Shown: piece by piece, positions 20,021-29,768 of the stretch
Layout: every line of letters starts with the position of its first letter
How positions within the stretch are numbered: position 1 is the stretch's first letter
DNA from: Alphaproteobacteria bacterium
GTDB taxonomy: Bacteria > Pseudomonadota > Alphaproteobacteria > UBA828
Length of the DNA stretch: 64,000 nucleotides
Direction: 5' to 3'
NCBI GenBank assembly: GCA_965220745.1
Contig: CBDCQT010000013.1
Coordinates: 96,001 to 160,000 of the forward strand
Notes under the pieces: generated by a model
The model's input: only the letters and a program-made list of their open reading frames with translations
Databases searched by the model: none
What the model was told of the DNA's origin: nothing
Position numbers and translations under genes: made by a program

Positions 20021-20383
20021 TCACGTGTTGAAGAAGACGTGCTTGTTGCCGTCCAGGTCGCGGAAGTAGCCGCCGTAGAACGTGCCCGCGCGAGGGCCCG
20101 GCTCGCCCTCGTCGGTGGCGCCGAGCGAGATGGCCTTGGCGTACAGCGCATCGACCCTGTCGTTGCTGCCGACATTGAAGGCGGTCATGGTGCCGTTGCC
20201 GGGCTGCGCGTCGTTGCCGTCGGCGGGCTTGATGATCATGAACATGGCGCCTTCGCCGTCGGACCAGCCGACGTAGCGGTCCGATTCCAACGCGCGCTTG
20301 GCGCCCAAGTCGGCCAGCAGTTCGTCCCAGAACGTCGCCGCGCGCTCCAGGTCGTTGGTGCCGACGGTGATATAGCCGATCAT
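20021..20383 (-). CDS. VOC/glyoxalase family protein
   Basis: MIGYITVGTNDLERA, PGNGTM, DEGEPGPR, YFRDLDGNK. Confidence 0.9.
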   Translation of the reverse strand: MIGYITVGTNDLERAATFWDELLADLGAKRALESDRYVGWSDGEGAMFMIIKPADGNDAQPGNGTMTAFNVGSNDRVDALYAKAISLGATDEGEPGPRAGTFYGGYFRDLDGNKHVFFNT

Positions 20384-20496
20384 GCTTGTCTCCATTTGCG
20401 TTGCTGAGGCGCGGTCCTCGAAAGGAGGCGCCATCGATTGGGTCTTATCCCACGGCACGCCAGAGTGGGCGAGAGAGGTTCCGCACAGGGTTTCCC

Positions 20497-20901
20497 CTAC
20501 GGCATTTGCTCGATGGTGGGGAGCGACGGGATCTGGTCGAGCCAGTGCTGCTTGGAGCGGTTGTAGATGTGGACCTTCGGCACCAGTTGGTCGCGCTGCT
20601 TGATGGTACCGACGCGGATGCCGTAGAAGGGGCCGGCCGGATCCGAGGTCGCATAGATGGGCGAGCCGCAGGTCCCGCAGAAGCCCTGCTGGCGCCGGTT
20701 GCCGCTGTCCGCAATCTTGACGTAGACCTTGATCTCGCCGGTGAGCAGGGTGAACGCGTCCTCCTGCGTGAACGCGACCGTGCGGAAGGCCGAGCCGGAG
20801 AGCGACTGGCAATCCGTGCAGTTGCAGATGAGGATTCGGTCTGTGTTGAGCTCCGCCTCGTAGGTGATCTGCCCGCAGAAGCAGGCGCCGTCCACCTTCA
20901 T
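20497..20901 (-). CDS. GFA (CENP-V) family Zn-binding protein
   Basis: GACFCG, CNCTDCQ, FCGTCGS. GGGAGG ribosome-binding site upstream of the ATG at 20901. Confidence 0.9.
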   Translation of the reverse strand: MKVDGACFCGQITYEAELNTDRILICNCTDCQSLSGSAFRTVAFTQEDAFTLLTGEIKVYVKIADSGNRRQQGFCGTCGSPIYATSDPAGPFYGIRVGTIKQRDQLVPKVHIYNRSKQHWLDQIPSLPTIEQMP

Positions 20902-20945
20902 CGTAGTCCTCCCTTCGCTGAAACCTCTGGCCGTGCTGGACACCG

Positions 20946-21902
20946 TTACTCGAACACGATGCGCGGCAGATAGCAGGAAACCACCCAGTTGGGCCGGTCG
21001 ACGATCTCGCTGATGCGCAGGTCCGCGCAGACGCTGCACAGCATGTAGGCCTCATCCGCCGCCAGGCCGCGCGAGGCGCCGAGCCGGTCGATCATGCCGC
21101 GCACCGCGTTCTGCGCCGCCTCCATCAGGTCCGGGCCGATCCCCGTGGTGACCTCGTAGCCCTTGGCGTCGAGATGGCGCGAGACCGGACCCGGCGTCTC
21201 GAAGCGGGGGAAGAGCAGCCCTTCGCCCTTGATCAGGTCGAGTCGGACGGCCGGCGCCATCGGCGATTCGATCGCCGTGCCGCAGACCTCGCCGTCTCCC
21301 TGGGCGCAGTGCGGGTCGCCGATGGAGAAGAGCCCGCCCGGCACCTGCACCGGCAGATAAAGATCGACGCCGATGGTGAGGTCGCGGATGTCCATGTTGC
21401 CGCCGCTCTCATAGGGCGGCACGGTGCTGAAGCCGCCGGGCTCCGCGCGGGCGAGGCCGATGGTGCCGCAGAAGGGCTTGAGCGGCACCCGCGCGATGCC
21501 GGAGTAGGCGGCAGGCTCGCGAAAGCTCGTGTCGTAGGACCAGATGTTGAGCGATGGCTCCGGGAAGTCCTCGGCCAGCAGGCCGAAGCCCGGAACGATC
21601 GCCGTCCACGCCCAGCCCGAGGCCGTGAGGTCCACCAGGGTCGCCTTGATGGTGTCGCCGGGCTCGGCCCCGTCGATGTAGATGGGCCCGGCAATGGGGT
21701 TGACCCGGTCGAAGTCGAGGTTGGCGACCGCCTCCGGGGTGGAATCTGGGGCGAGCTGCCCACACACCGCATCGACCTCCGCGAAGGCGACGGTCTCCCC
21801 CGGCGCGACCGTCGCAGCCGGCTCGCGGGCGTTGTCCCAGGTCATGTGCTGATGGCTGGCGTGGATGGTGCGCACGCCGACCGCCGCGTCGGTTCCGCTC
21901 AC
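20946..21902 (-). CDS. Acetamidase/formamidase family protein
   Basis: WDN, GPIYIDGAEPGD, GGNMD, GDPHCAQGDGEVCGTAIE. Start placed at GTG 21902 after GGAGG. Confidence 0.9.
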   Translation of the reverse strand: MSGTDAAVGVRTIHASHQHMTWDNAREPAATVAPGETVAFAEVDAVCGQLAPDSTPEAVANLDFDRVNPIAGPIYIDGAEPGDTIKATLVDLTASGWAWTAIVPGFGLLAEDFPEPSLNIWSYDTSFREPAAYSGIARVPLKPFCGTIGLARAEPGGFSTVPPYESGGNMDIRDLTIGVDLYLPVQVPGGLFSIGDPHCAQGDGEVCGTAIESPMAPAVRLDLIKGEGLLFPRFETPGPVSRHLDAKGYEVTTGIGPDLMEAAQNAVRGMIDRLGASRGLAADEAYMLCSVCADLRISEIVDRPNWVVSCYLPRIVFE

Positions 21903-21924
21903 GAGGGGCCCTCCCTGCCGCCCG

Positions 21925-22890
21925 CTACGCCCGCGCCGCCTCGGCCAGGAAGGTGGGGTCTTCGCCACGCCAGAGCATGGCGAGGAGTTCGAGATTCACG
22001 GCGATATAGCCGGGCGCAATGTCGTTGATACCGGCGAGCTTGGAGTCCGGCCGCTCGCGCAGCTCCCGATTCAGCGCACCCAGATTGTGAAAGGGCACGC
22101 CGGGGAAGAGGTGGTGCTCGGTGTGGTAGGGCATCTGCCACATCAGCCAGCGCAGGATCGGCCCGGCGCGGGTCGTGCGCGTGCTGCCGATCACGCCGCG
22201 CCCGTTGGGCAGGCCGTGGTGCTCGGCCGCGACGTAGAAGCGATAGAAGCACGTGGTGACGATCATCGGTCCCCACACGCAGATGAGCGCCGCCCAGCTC
22301 TCGAAGTAGACCGAGAGTGCGACGACGGCCGCGTAGCCGAGCAGGTAGAGCCGCGCTTCGCGGATCACGATGCGCCGCTCCTTCTCCCGGAGAAAGGGCT
22401 CGGGTGCATGGCCGCAGGCATGCTCCACGACGTTGCGTATCAGGGCAATCCAGAGGGCCAGACCGGCCATAAATTTGAGGTAGCGCCAGAATGTCCACGG
22501 CTTTTGGACCAAGAGTTCCGGGTCGTGACCGGCGACCTTGGTGTGGCGGTGATGAGCGAAATGGAAGAAGCGCTGGTAGTTGTGGGCGTAGAAGCGGGGG
22601 AAGCTCGCCAGGTGGCCGAAGGCGTCGTTGAGGGTCCGGTTGCGGAAAACGGTCCAATGCCCGAGCTCGTGCTGGCCCGCGTAGCAGAAGCCCCAGAGGA
22701 TCACGCCCTGGGCCACGAACAGCGGTGCGACCCACCAGCTCCCCCAAAGCACGTGGATCGCGTAGCCGGTGAGCCCCGCAGCGCCAAGCTGGCTCAGGGT
22801 CTGGAGCCAGCCCAGGAGGTCCGAGCGTCGCGACAGCGCCTTCAGGCGCGGCGCCTCGATCAGGTCCTTGCGGGCAATCCAGTCGTCCAT
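21925..22890 (-). CDS. Fatty acid desaturase-family membrane di-iron protein
   Basis: His boxes HELGH, HFAHH and HTEHH, with hydrophobic segments. Confidence 0.85.
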   Translation of the reverse strand: MDDWIARKDLIEAPRLKALSRRSDLLGWLQTLSQLGAAGLTGYAIHVLWGSWWVAPLFVAQGVILWGFCYAGQHELGHWTVFRNRTLNDAFGHLASFPRFYAHNYQRFFHFAHHRHTKVAGHDPELLVQKPWTFWRYLKFMAGLALWIALIRNVVEHACGHAPEPFLREKERRIVIREARLYLLGYAAVVALSVYFESWAALICVWGPMIVTTCFYRFYVAAEHHGLPNGRGVIGSTRTTRAGPILRWLMWQMPYHTEHHLFPGVPFHNLGALNRELRERPDSKLAGINDIAPGYIAVNLELLAMLWRGEDPTFLAEAARA

Positions 22891-22894
22891 CACG

Positions 22895-24556
22895 TCACCC
22901 GGTTCGACGCGCGTCGACCACTGTACGCCCACGCTCGATCAGTAGGAAGCGATTCGCGGCGGTGTGCTGCCAGGGGCTCCAGGTCCCGTCCGGCCATTGG
23001 ACTCGAACCTCGGCAGTCTCGGCCACACCCAGGCCGAAGTGAATCCAGTCGGCCTGCCCGCTGACGTGGCCGCCGCCGACCACCACCTCGTGCCGCCGGA
23101 TGCGGCCAGCGGCGCGCACCTCGATCCAGGCGCCGATGGCGTTCCGGTTGGCGCTTTCCTGCCGCAACATGACCTGAAGCCAGCGGCCGGCGCCCCGGCT
23201 CCGATTGTGCAGAAGCTCGACGTTGGTCACGCGATTCACGACGACGATATCGAGCAGGCCGTCGAGGTCGAGGTCGATCACGGCGCCGCCGCGGCTTCGC
23301 CCCATGCTGGCTGCGCCCGCCTCCACCGAGGCCTCGCGGAAGCGGCCGTCGGGGCCGCCCAGGAGCAGGTTGTTCGGGTCGTCCGCCGCCGCCTCCTCCA
23401 TCTCCTCCACGTTGCCCTTGGCGACGAAGAGGTCGATCCAGCCGTCGTTGTTCACGTCGGCGAACTGCGAATGCCAGGCGGTAGACGGGCGCTCGTCGTC
23501 CCCGGCATGGGGGCGTTTGGCCTCCACGCCGCGTTCGAAGGCGATCTCGCGGAACTCCGGTCCAGCGATGGTGCCAGGTGCGAGCGTGCGCAGCCTGTTC
23601 GCTCCCATGTTGGAGAGGAAGTAGTCGGGCAGCCCGTCGCCGGTGAGGTCGTGGCTGGCGATCCCCATGCCCCAGATTCTGAGGCGCGGCCAGCCGTCGG
23701 CCCGGCCATAGAGCCTAGGCTCGGCGCCCAGGTGCCAGAGCTGCTCCTCGCCGGTGTCCTCGTGATAGAAGCGGTCGTTGCTGACACGCAGATCCGGGCG
23801 CCCCGTGCGGCTCCAGTCGGAGAACAGCATCGAGAGCGGGCAATGACCGGGGCTGAGGTGCACCGCCGGCCTGTACGTCGCAGCCTCGGCGCTCGCCGGG
23901 CGGAACAGGATATTGTCGGGGCAGGCCGGGGTCGGCGCCTCCCCGGTCGCCGAATCGCCGAAGGGCGTGTGCATGGCCGCCCACATATCGCGATCGACGT
24001 AGTCGCCGAACGCGAGGGTCGGCAGCCGGTTGTCGCCCTCCCAGACGGCGCTGAAGGCGGTGGTCCAGCCGTCGCCACCGGCAACGCCCCAGACCTCGTC
24101 CGCCCTCGCGAAACGGCAGTCGCCGAGACCCCGGTAGAGCCGGTTCGCGCCGAGCCGGAGCACGGCGAGGTCCATCATGCCGTCGCCGTCGATGTCGAGC
24201 GGGTAGGCGCCGGTCACGCCGGTCTCGACGAGTTCGCTGTCGGATAGTTCGGAGAAGCGCAACGTGCCCGGCGCGCTGTCGTTACGGTAGAGCCGGGCCG
24301 GGCTCGCACCGCCCGCGAAGAAGAGATCCGGGTCGCCGTCGAGGTCGCAATCGAATGCGGCGACACCGCCGCCCACGTAATGCGTCCAATCGCCGGTATA
24401 GGCGTGCTCGATGCCGGCCGCGGCGGCGACATCGACGAAGCGCGGCGCTTGGGGCTCGGTGATGTCGGCAGCCTGCGAGCCGGCGGTGCCGGCAACCACC
24501 GTGAGCAGGGCCACCGTCGCGATGGCTGCGCTTGCACGCTTATGCCACCGCGCCAT
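22895..24556 (-). CDS. CRTAC1/ASPIC-UnbV family secreted protein with FG-GAP repeats
   Basis: Signal peptide, repeated DxDGD/DVNNDG motifs, C-terminal NRNAIGAWIEV...HFGLG...VQWPDG. Confidence 0.85.
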   Translation of the reverse strand: MARWHKRASAAIATVALLTVVAGTAGSQAADITEPQAPRFVDVAAAAGIEHAYTGDWTHYVGGGVAAFDCDLDGDPDLFFAGGASPARLYRNDSAPGTLRFSELSDSELVETGVTGAYPLDIDGDGMMDLAVLRLGANRLYRGLGDCRFARADEVWGVAGGDGWTTAFSAVWEGDNRLPTLAFGDYVDRDMWAAMHTPFGDSATGEAPTPACPDNILFRPASAEAATYRPAVHLSPGHCPLSMLFSDWSRTGRPDLRVSNDRFYHEDTGEEQLWHLGAEPRLYGRADGWPRLRIWGMGIASHDLTGDGLPDYFLSNMGANRLRTLAPGTIAGPEFREIAFERGVEAKRPHAGDDERPSTAWHSQFADVNNDGWIDLFVAKGNVEEMEEAAADDPNNLLLGGPDGRFREASVEAGAASMGRSRGGAVIDLDLDGLLDIVVVNRVTNVELLHNRSRGAGRWLQVMLRQESANRNAIGAWIEVRAAGRIRRHEVVVGGGHVSGQADWIHFGLGVAETAEVRVQWPDGTWSPWQHTAANRFLLIERGRTVVDARRTG

Positions 24557-24577
24557 CGCGTTCGGTCCTCGGAGAGT

Positions 24578-25636
24578 CTAGTCGGGCGCGGCCGAGCGTC
24601 GTCGTAGTCTCTCGGCCAATTGCTGCTCGATGCGTCGGACCAGAGGAATCCGCTGCAGGCGCTTGCAGACGGATTCGATCGCGCCGGCGACGCCCTCGGG
24701 CAGGAAGATCATGAAGAGCAGGACCACCACCCCGAGGCCGATATTGCGCAGGTCGGAGAACTCCTTGAAGAACTCGTCGGCGACCATCAGCAGCCCGGCG
24801 CCCAGCAGCGGCCCCCACAGTCGCCCGATACCGCCGACCACGAGCATCGAGATCAGGAAGAGGAGCAGCGCGAAGCCCACGAGGTTCGAGCCGACCGAAC
24901 CGAAGTGCGCCGCGTAGAAGGCGCCTGCCATGGAGGTCAGGAAGGCCGAGGCGGCGAAGACGATCAGCTGGTACTTGAAGACGCTCACGCCGCGCGAGGT
25001 GGCGAGCTCCTCGTTATCACGCAGCGCCTTGAAGGCGAGGCCAATGCGGCTCTGGGTCATCGCCGCCGTGAAGACGAGCGCGACGATGAGGAGGCCGAGC
25101 ATCGTGTAGTAGTCGCCCATCATCCAGTTGCGGCCGCCCAGCACCTCGCGCCAGCCGAAGGTGCCGAAGTCACCGAGTCCCTGCGCGCCGCCCGTAAACG
25201 AGACGCAGGTCGCCGGATTGATGACCTTGTTGAGCGCGCTGCAGTCGGAGTCCGTCTGGATCAGCACGAACATGGTCTGCGAGATGGCGAGGGTCAGCAG
25301 GGCGACGTAGATACCCCGCATCCTGAGGCAGGCGAGACCGATGAAGATGCTGAACACCACGCCCGCGGCGCCGGCGACGGGGAAGGTGGGCCACAGGCTC
25401 CAGTCGAGGTAGCGCCCCATCAGCGCCGACGTGTAGGCGCCGAAGGCGAAGATCGCGAGCTGCGCCAGCGAGAAGATGCCAGCCACGCCGAACACCAGGT
25501 TCCACTGGCTGACCACGGTCGCGTAGCAGAAGAGCAGCAGAGCGCTCGCGATGATGTAGCGAGGCACGCCCATGAAGGGGAATGCCGCGGCCACCGCCAG
25601 CAGAATGGCGAAGAGGATGTAATCGCGAGTCTTCAT
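24578..25636 (-). CDS. LIV-type ABC transporter permease (LivM-like)
   Basis: WNLVFGVAGIFSL, LRMRGIYVALLTLA, ALRDNE, GGIGRLWGP. Confidence 0.9.
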   Translation of the reverse strand: MKTRDYILFAILLAVAAAFPFMGVPRYIIASALLLFCYATVVSQWNLVFGVAGIFSLAQLAIFAFGAYTSALMGRYLDWSLWPTFPVAGAAGVVFSIFIGLACLRMRGIYVALLTLAISQTMFVLIQTDSDCSALNKVINPATCVSFTGGAQGLGDFGTFGWREVLGGRNWMMGDYYTMLGLLIVALVFTAAMTQSRIGLAFKALRDNEELATSRGVSVFKYQLIVFAASAFLTSMAGAFYAAHFGSVGSNLVGFALLLFLISMLVVGGIGRLWGPLLGAGLLMVADEFFKEFSDLRNIGLGVVVLLFMIFLPEGVAGAIESVCKRLQRIPLVRRIEQQLAERLRRRSAAPD

Positions 25637-25646
25637 CGTTCCGCCG

Positions 25647-26540
25647 TTACTGGCGCGCGATCTGGTGTTTGCCGAAGAGCCCGGCGGGGCGCCAGATGAT
25701 CGCGATCACCACCACGACGAGCATGGCGAGGAAGCCCCACTTGTCGGCCACGAGCACCTTCACCGCCGCCTCTACCATGCCGATCAGGAGTGCCGCATAG
25801 AGTGCGCCGGTCATGTTGCCGAGGCCGGCGAGCACGATGACGATGAACGCCTTGAGCATGGGCGTCTGGCCCATCAGCGGCACGACGTCCTTGAACGAGC
25901 TCAGCATGATGCCGGCGACGCCCGCGAGGCCGCTCGCGAGCCCCAGCACGATGACGTAGACGCGCTTCACCTTCACACCCATGAGTCGCGCCGCGTCGCG
26001 GTTCTGCGCGGTCGCGCGGATGGCACGGCCCATGGTCGTGTGGGTGAGGAAGAGTGCGACGAGGACGATGAGCGCTACCGCAACCGCCCAGATGATGAGG
26101 CGCTGATAGCTGACCGGGACGTCGCCCACGAGGAATGAATCGGCGCCGAGCGAGAGCGGCTGGGCGTAGGGTGCGGCTTGGAACAGCTCGCGCAGCAGCT
26201 TCATCAGGCCCGCTTCCAGCGCCATGCCGAGGCCGAAGGTGGCGATGATGATCGTCACCTCGAAATTCTTCTGCGTCAGCATCCAGTGGGCCGAGATGAA
26301 ATAGATGACCGCCCCGACGATGCCGCCCGCGAGGAAGGCAAAGGGACCCGCGAACCACAGCGGCAAACCGAACAACTCCGCCCAGACCAGGACGAAATAG
26401 GCGCCCAAGGTCATGATGATGCCGTGGGCCATGTTGAGCATGTTGAACGCGCCCCAAACGAGGGCGAGCCCAACCGCCGCGAGCGCATACATGGCGCCGA
26501 AGGTGAGGCCGCTGACGATGATCTGAATGAAGAAGTTCAC
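25647..26540 (-). CDS. LIV-type ABC transporter permease (LivH-like)
   Basis: GAMYALAAVGLAL, NMAHG, GRAIRATAQN, AGLGNMTGA. Confidence 0.9.
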   Translation of the reverse strand: MNFFIQIIVSGLTFGAMYALAAVGLALVWGAFNMLNMAHGIIMTLGAYFVLVWAELFGLPLWFAGPFAFLAGGIVGAVIYFISAHWMLTQKNFEVTIIIATFGLGMALEAGLMKLLRELFQAAPYAQPLSLGADSFLVGDVPVSYQRLIIWAVAVALIVLVALFLTHTTMGRAIRATAQNRDAARLMGVKVKRVYVIVLGLASGLAGVAGIMLSSFKDVVPLMGQTPMLKAFIVIVLAGLGNMTGALYAALLIGMVEAAVKVLVADKWGFLAMLVVVVIAIIWRPAGLFGKHQIARQ

Positions 26541-26558
26541 TGCGCGTCCTCGATGCCC

Positions 26559-27275
26559 TCAGCCGCCGAGATAGGTCTCGAGGATTTGCTGGTTGTTTTG
26601 GAGCTCCTTGCCGTCGCCGGCCCAGACGATATGGCCCGTGTCGAGCAGGTGAATGCGATCGGCGAGATCGATGATCCGGCTCGCATTCTCCTCTACCAGG
26701 AGGATCGTGCGTCCCGACGCCTTGAGGTCGGTAATGATCTCGTAAATCTGGTCGATGACGATGGGCGCGAGGCCGAGCGAGGGTTCGTCGATCATCAGGA
26801 TGCGCCCGCCGGCGAGCAGTCCGCGACCGATGGCGAGCATGCGCCGCTCGCCGCCCGAGAGCGTGCGCGCGAGCTGCGTCGTGCGCTCCTTCAGTCGGGG
26901 CAGGATCTCATAGATATTCTCGACATCCTGGTCGAAGGTCTTGCGCACCCGGGGCAGGTAGGCGCCCATCTTGAGGTTGTCGTAGACGCTCATGTCGGGG
27001 AACAGCATGTCCCCCTGAGGGATCAGGACGACGCCTAGCCCGACGACCGTTTCCGCCTCGGCGCCCTCGATCCGCCGTCCTGCAAAATTGATGTGGCCGC
27101 CGCTCGGTCGAAGCAAGCCCGCTATGCAGCGCAGCAGCGTGGTCTTGCCGTGCCCGTTGGGGCCGAGCATGCTGATGAGCCCGCCTTCGGGCACATCGAA
27201 AGAGACGTCCTTCAGGACGCTCTGTCCTTCGTACCCCGCGTACAGGTTTTGAACGGAGAGGAGGGGCTCAGCCAT
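26559..27275 (-). CDS. LIV-type ABC transporter ATP-binding protein (LivF-like)
   Basis: GPNGHGKT, LSGGE, DEPSLGLAP. Confidence 0.92.
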   Translation of the reverse strand: MAEPLLSVQNLYAGYEGQSVLKDVSFDVPEGGLISMLGPNGHGKTTLLRCIAGLLRPSGGHINFAGRRIEGAEAETVVGLGVVLIPQGDMLFPDMSVYDNLKMGAYLPRVRKTFDQDVENIYEILPRLKERTTQLARTLSGGERRMLAIGRGLLAGGRILMIDEPSLGLAPIVIDQIYEIITDLKASGRTILLVEENASRIIDLADRIHLLDTGHIVWAGDGKELQNNQQILETYLGG

Positions 27276-28074
27276 TGGCGCCCGCCCGATCCGCCAGCAT
27301 GTGCTGCAAACGGTCTGCCGTGCCCTCGCCGAGATAGACCTCGACGACCCGCCGGTCGCTCAGCAGGCCTTCCGTGTCGCCCTCATAGATCTTCTCGCCG
27401 TGGTGCATGATGACGACGCGCGATGAAATCTGGAGCAGGAAGCGCATCACATGCTCGATCAGGATGATCGTCATGCCCTCCGCAGCGAGTCCGTCGACGA
27501 TCTCCATCACGTCGTCGACCTCGTGCGGGTTGAGGCCGCCCACCGGCTCGTCGACCAGGAGGAGCTTGGGTTCGGTCGCCACCGCGCTTGCGAGCATCAG
27601 GAGCTTGCGTTCCAGCACCGGCACGTCGCGGGCGACCGCATCGGCGCGCTCGGTGAGCCGGCAGAGCTCCAGCGCGCGGTCCACCCGTTCGCGCATGGCC
27701 CGCGAGAAGGTCACAGCCGGCACGCCGCGGTCGCCAAGGCCGAAGGCCGAGCCGATCAGGACATTCTCCCGAATCGTCAGTGAATCGAAGCCCGCATTGA
27801 GCTGGAAGGTCCGCGCCATCCCCCGATGGCATATGAGGTCGGGACGGAGCTTCGAAATATCCCGCCCCTGCAATTTGATCTCGCCGCTGGTCGCCGGATT
27901 GATGCCGGAGATCACGTCGAGGAACGTGGTCTTACCGGCGCCATTGGGGCCGCCGATACCAACCACGTCGCCCACGTGAACGTCGAGATCGAAATCGTTC
28001 ACCGCCACCAGCGCGCCGAAATACTTGAAAATGTTTCGGCACGCCAGCAGCGGTGTACTCTCCCCGGAAACCAT
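27268..28074 (-). CDS. LIV-type ABC transporter ATP-binding protein (LivG-like)
   Basis: GPNGAGKT, ARTFQ, DEPVGGL, IEH, VYLG. Confidence 0.92.
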   Translation of the reverse strand: MVSGESTPLLACRNIFKYFGALVAVNDFDLDVHVGDVVGIGGPNGAGKTTFLDVISGINPATSGEIKLQGRDISKLRPDLICHRGMARTFQLNAGFDSLTIRENVLIGSAFGLGDRGVPAVTFSRAMRERVDRALELCRLTERADAVARDVPVLERKLLMLASAVATEPKLLLVDEPVGGLNPHEVDDVMEIVDGLAAEGMTIILIEHVMRFLLQISSRVVIMHHGEKIYEGDTEGLLSDRRVVEVYLGEGTADRLQHMLADRAGANG

Positions 28075-28113
28075 CGAATGAACCGTGTTCCTATGCTTCC
28101 GGGGCGATGGAGA

Positions 28114-29514
28114 CTAGCTGGTGAGCCACGGCGGGGTCATCCAGTCGGCCGTGGCGTAGAGATCCGGCCCGACGAAGACCACGTCCTTGGTCCAATCCTG
28201 ACACTGCATCATGATCGTCGGCATCCCGAGCGAGGGATCGGGCGTCTCAGCCGGATAGGGCTGCGCCGCCTGGCCCCACATGAACTTGATGGTCCCGACC
28301 ACGCCGCGATAAATCGATTCGCGCATGAGCTGGCAGACCTTCTTGTTCTGCTCCATGCCGTCGTAGGGCACGCCCGAGCCGCCGGCACGGCAGGCCGCGA
28401 TCGCCCACAGGAAGTACGAGTCGTACACCTGCCCCCCGACCATCGGGGTCATATCCTCGCCCCAGCGGTCGCGGATCTTCCTCGAGAAGGTGTTGCCGAT
28501 CTCGTCCTGCAAGGTGCCGATCGTGGTCGAGCAGAACACGCCTTGGCCGGTCTCCTTGACGATGTCGAGGAAGGCCCGCTGCTGCAGCGCGTACTGCACG
28601 TAGACCAGGCTGTTGGTCGGGTTCTCGGCGAAGCCGGTGACCAGGCCCGTCTGATCGGTCGGGAATCCGTGAGTCGCCGCGATGATTGCGGGGTCGGCCT
28701 CACGCGCACGCACCAGTGCCGGTCCCCAGTCATCGACCGGCTGGGTCACGACGTCATCGATCGCGAGCTCCCAGCCGAACTGCGGAGCCGTGTCGCGCAC
28801 CGCAGCGGCGATGGTGATCGCATAGTCGATGCTGCCCGAGAAGAGCACGAACTTGTTGTTCGGGCGCTTCCACTTGCCGAGCTTCTCGAGCTCATCGAGG
28901 AAGTAGATCAGGCCCGAGCCGTAATAGTACTCGGATGGATCGTCCTGGAAGATGCACCAGTAGCGATCCGGATTGTCTCTCACCGCGAACTGGTGTCCGT
29001 ACTGCGTGTTGTCGTGCATGTACGGAATGCCCGCGTCCGCGATGGTGTCGTACTCCGCTCGGACCGAGAGCGAGTTGTAGCCGTTGATGATGGCGTGCAC
29101 TTCGTGCCGGTCGATCAAGCGCCGCGCGGCCGAGGTCACGGTCTCGGCGGTGATCTCCTTGGTGTCCTCGTAGTGGACCTCGATGGGCCGGCCGTGGATG
29201 CCGCCGTAGGAGTTGATCTCCTCCACCGCCAAGGTGATGCCCGCCTCGAAGTTGCGCGAATCCTCCGCGCCCCATCCGGTGTAAGGCAGCATGGCGCCGA
29301 CCGGGATCGGCTCGCCGTCTGCCTTCGCGCCGTTGTTGAGGGCGATCAGGGTGTTGGCCCCGGCCACGCCCATGGCGCCGATCGCCGCAGTGCCCGCCAT
29401 CGACATGAAGCCGCGCCGCGACGGGTTCAGCGGATCGATCAGACCGCCAGAGGCCTTGATCTCCTCGTCGAACTTCTGCTTCTTCGTCTGCTTCCGTTTG
29501 TGAAACCACTCCAT
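28114..29514 (-). CDS. LIV/urea/amide-type ABC substrate-binding protein with a Tat-like signal
   Basis: SRRGFM twin-arginine motif followed by a hydrophobic segment. IPVG...AVEEINSYGGIHGRPIE. Confidence 0.85.
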   Translation of the reverse strand: MEWFHKRKQTKKQKFDEEIKASGGLIDPLNPSRRGFMSMAGTAAIGAMGVAGANTLIALNNGAKADGEPIPVGAMLPYTGWGAEDSRNFEAGITLAVEEINSYGGIHGRPIEVHYEDTKEITAETVTSAARRLIDRHEVHAIINGYNSLSVRAEYDTIADAGIPYMHDNTQYGHQFAVRDNPDRYWCIFQDDPSEYYYGSGLIYFLDELEKLGKWKRPNNKFVLFSGSIDYAITIAAAVRDTAPQFGWELAIDDVVTQPVDDWGPALVRAREADPAIIAATHGFPTDQTGLVTGFAENPTNSLVYVQYALQQRAFLDIVKETGQGVFCSTTIGTLQDEIGNTFSRKIRDRWGEDMTPMVGGQVYDSYFLWAIAACRAGGSGVPYDGMEQNKKVCQLMRESIYRGVVGTIKFMWGQAAQPYPAETPDPSLGMPTIMMQCQDWTKDVVFVGPDLYATADWMTPPWLTS

Positions 29515-29768
29515 CGAGCCGCCTCCCCTTGCTTGTGGTTCGAAGGTCGCACACCAGCCGACGGGCGAAGCGCCGCGCCGACCGAGTCTTCAAAGTTGTG
29601 AATGCGAGTTTAGCGAGGGCGCCGCAGAGGGTGCAAGCGCGCAAAGCCGCCAGTCTAACGGAGGCTATGGCCGCCGCCCACTCTGCCCCGGTGCGTCGGC
29701 TGTCATGCGACAGCGGGAAGGATTACAAAGGCCGCCGCAACGGCGGGAGAGGCAGAAGGCGATCGGCC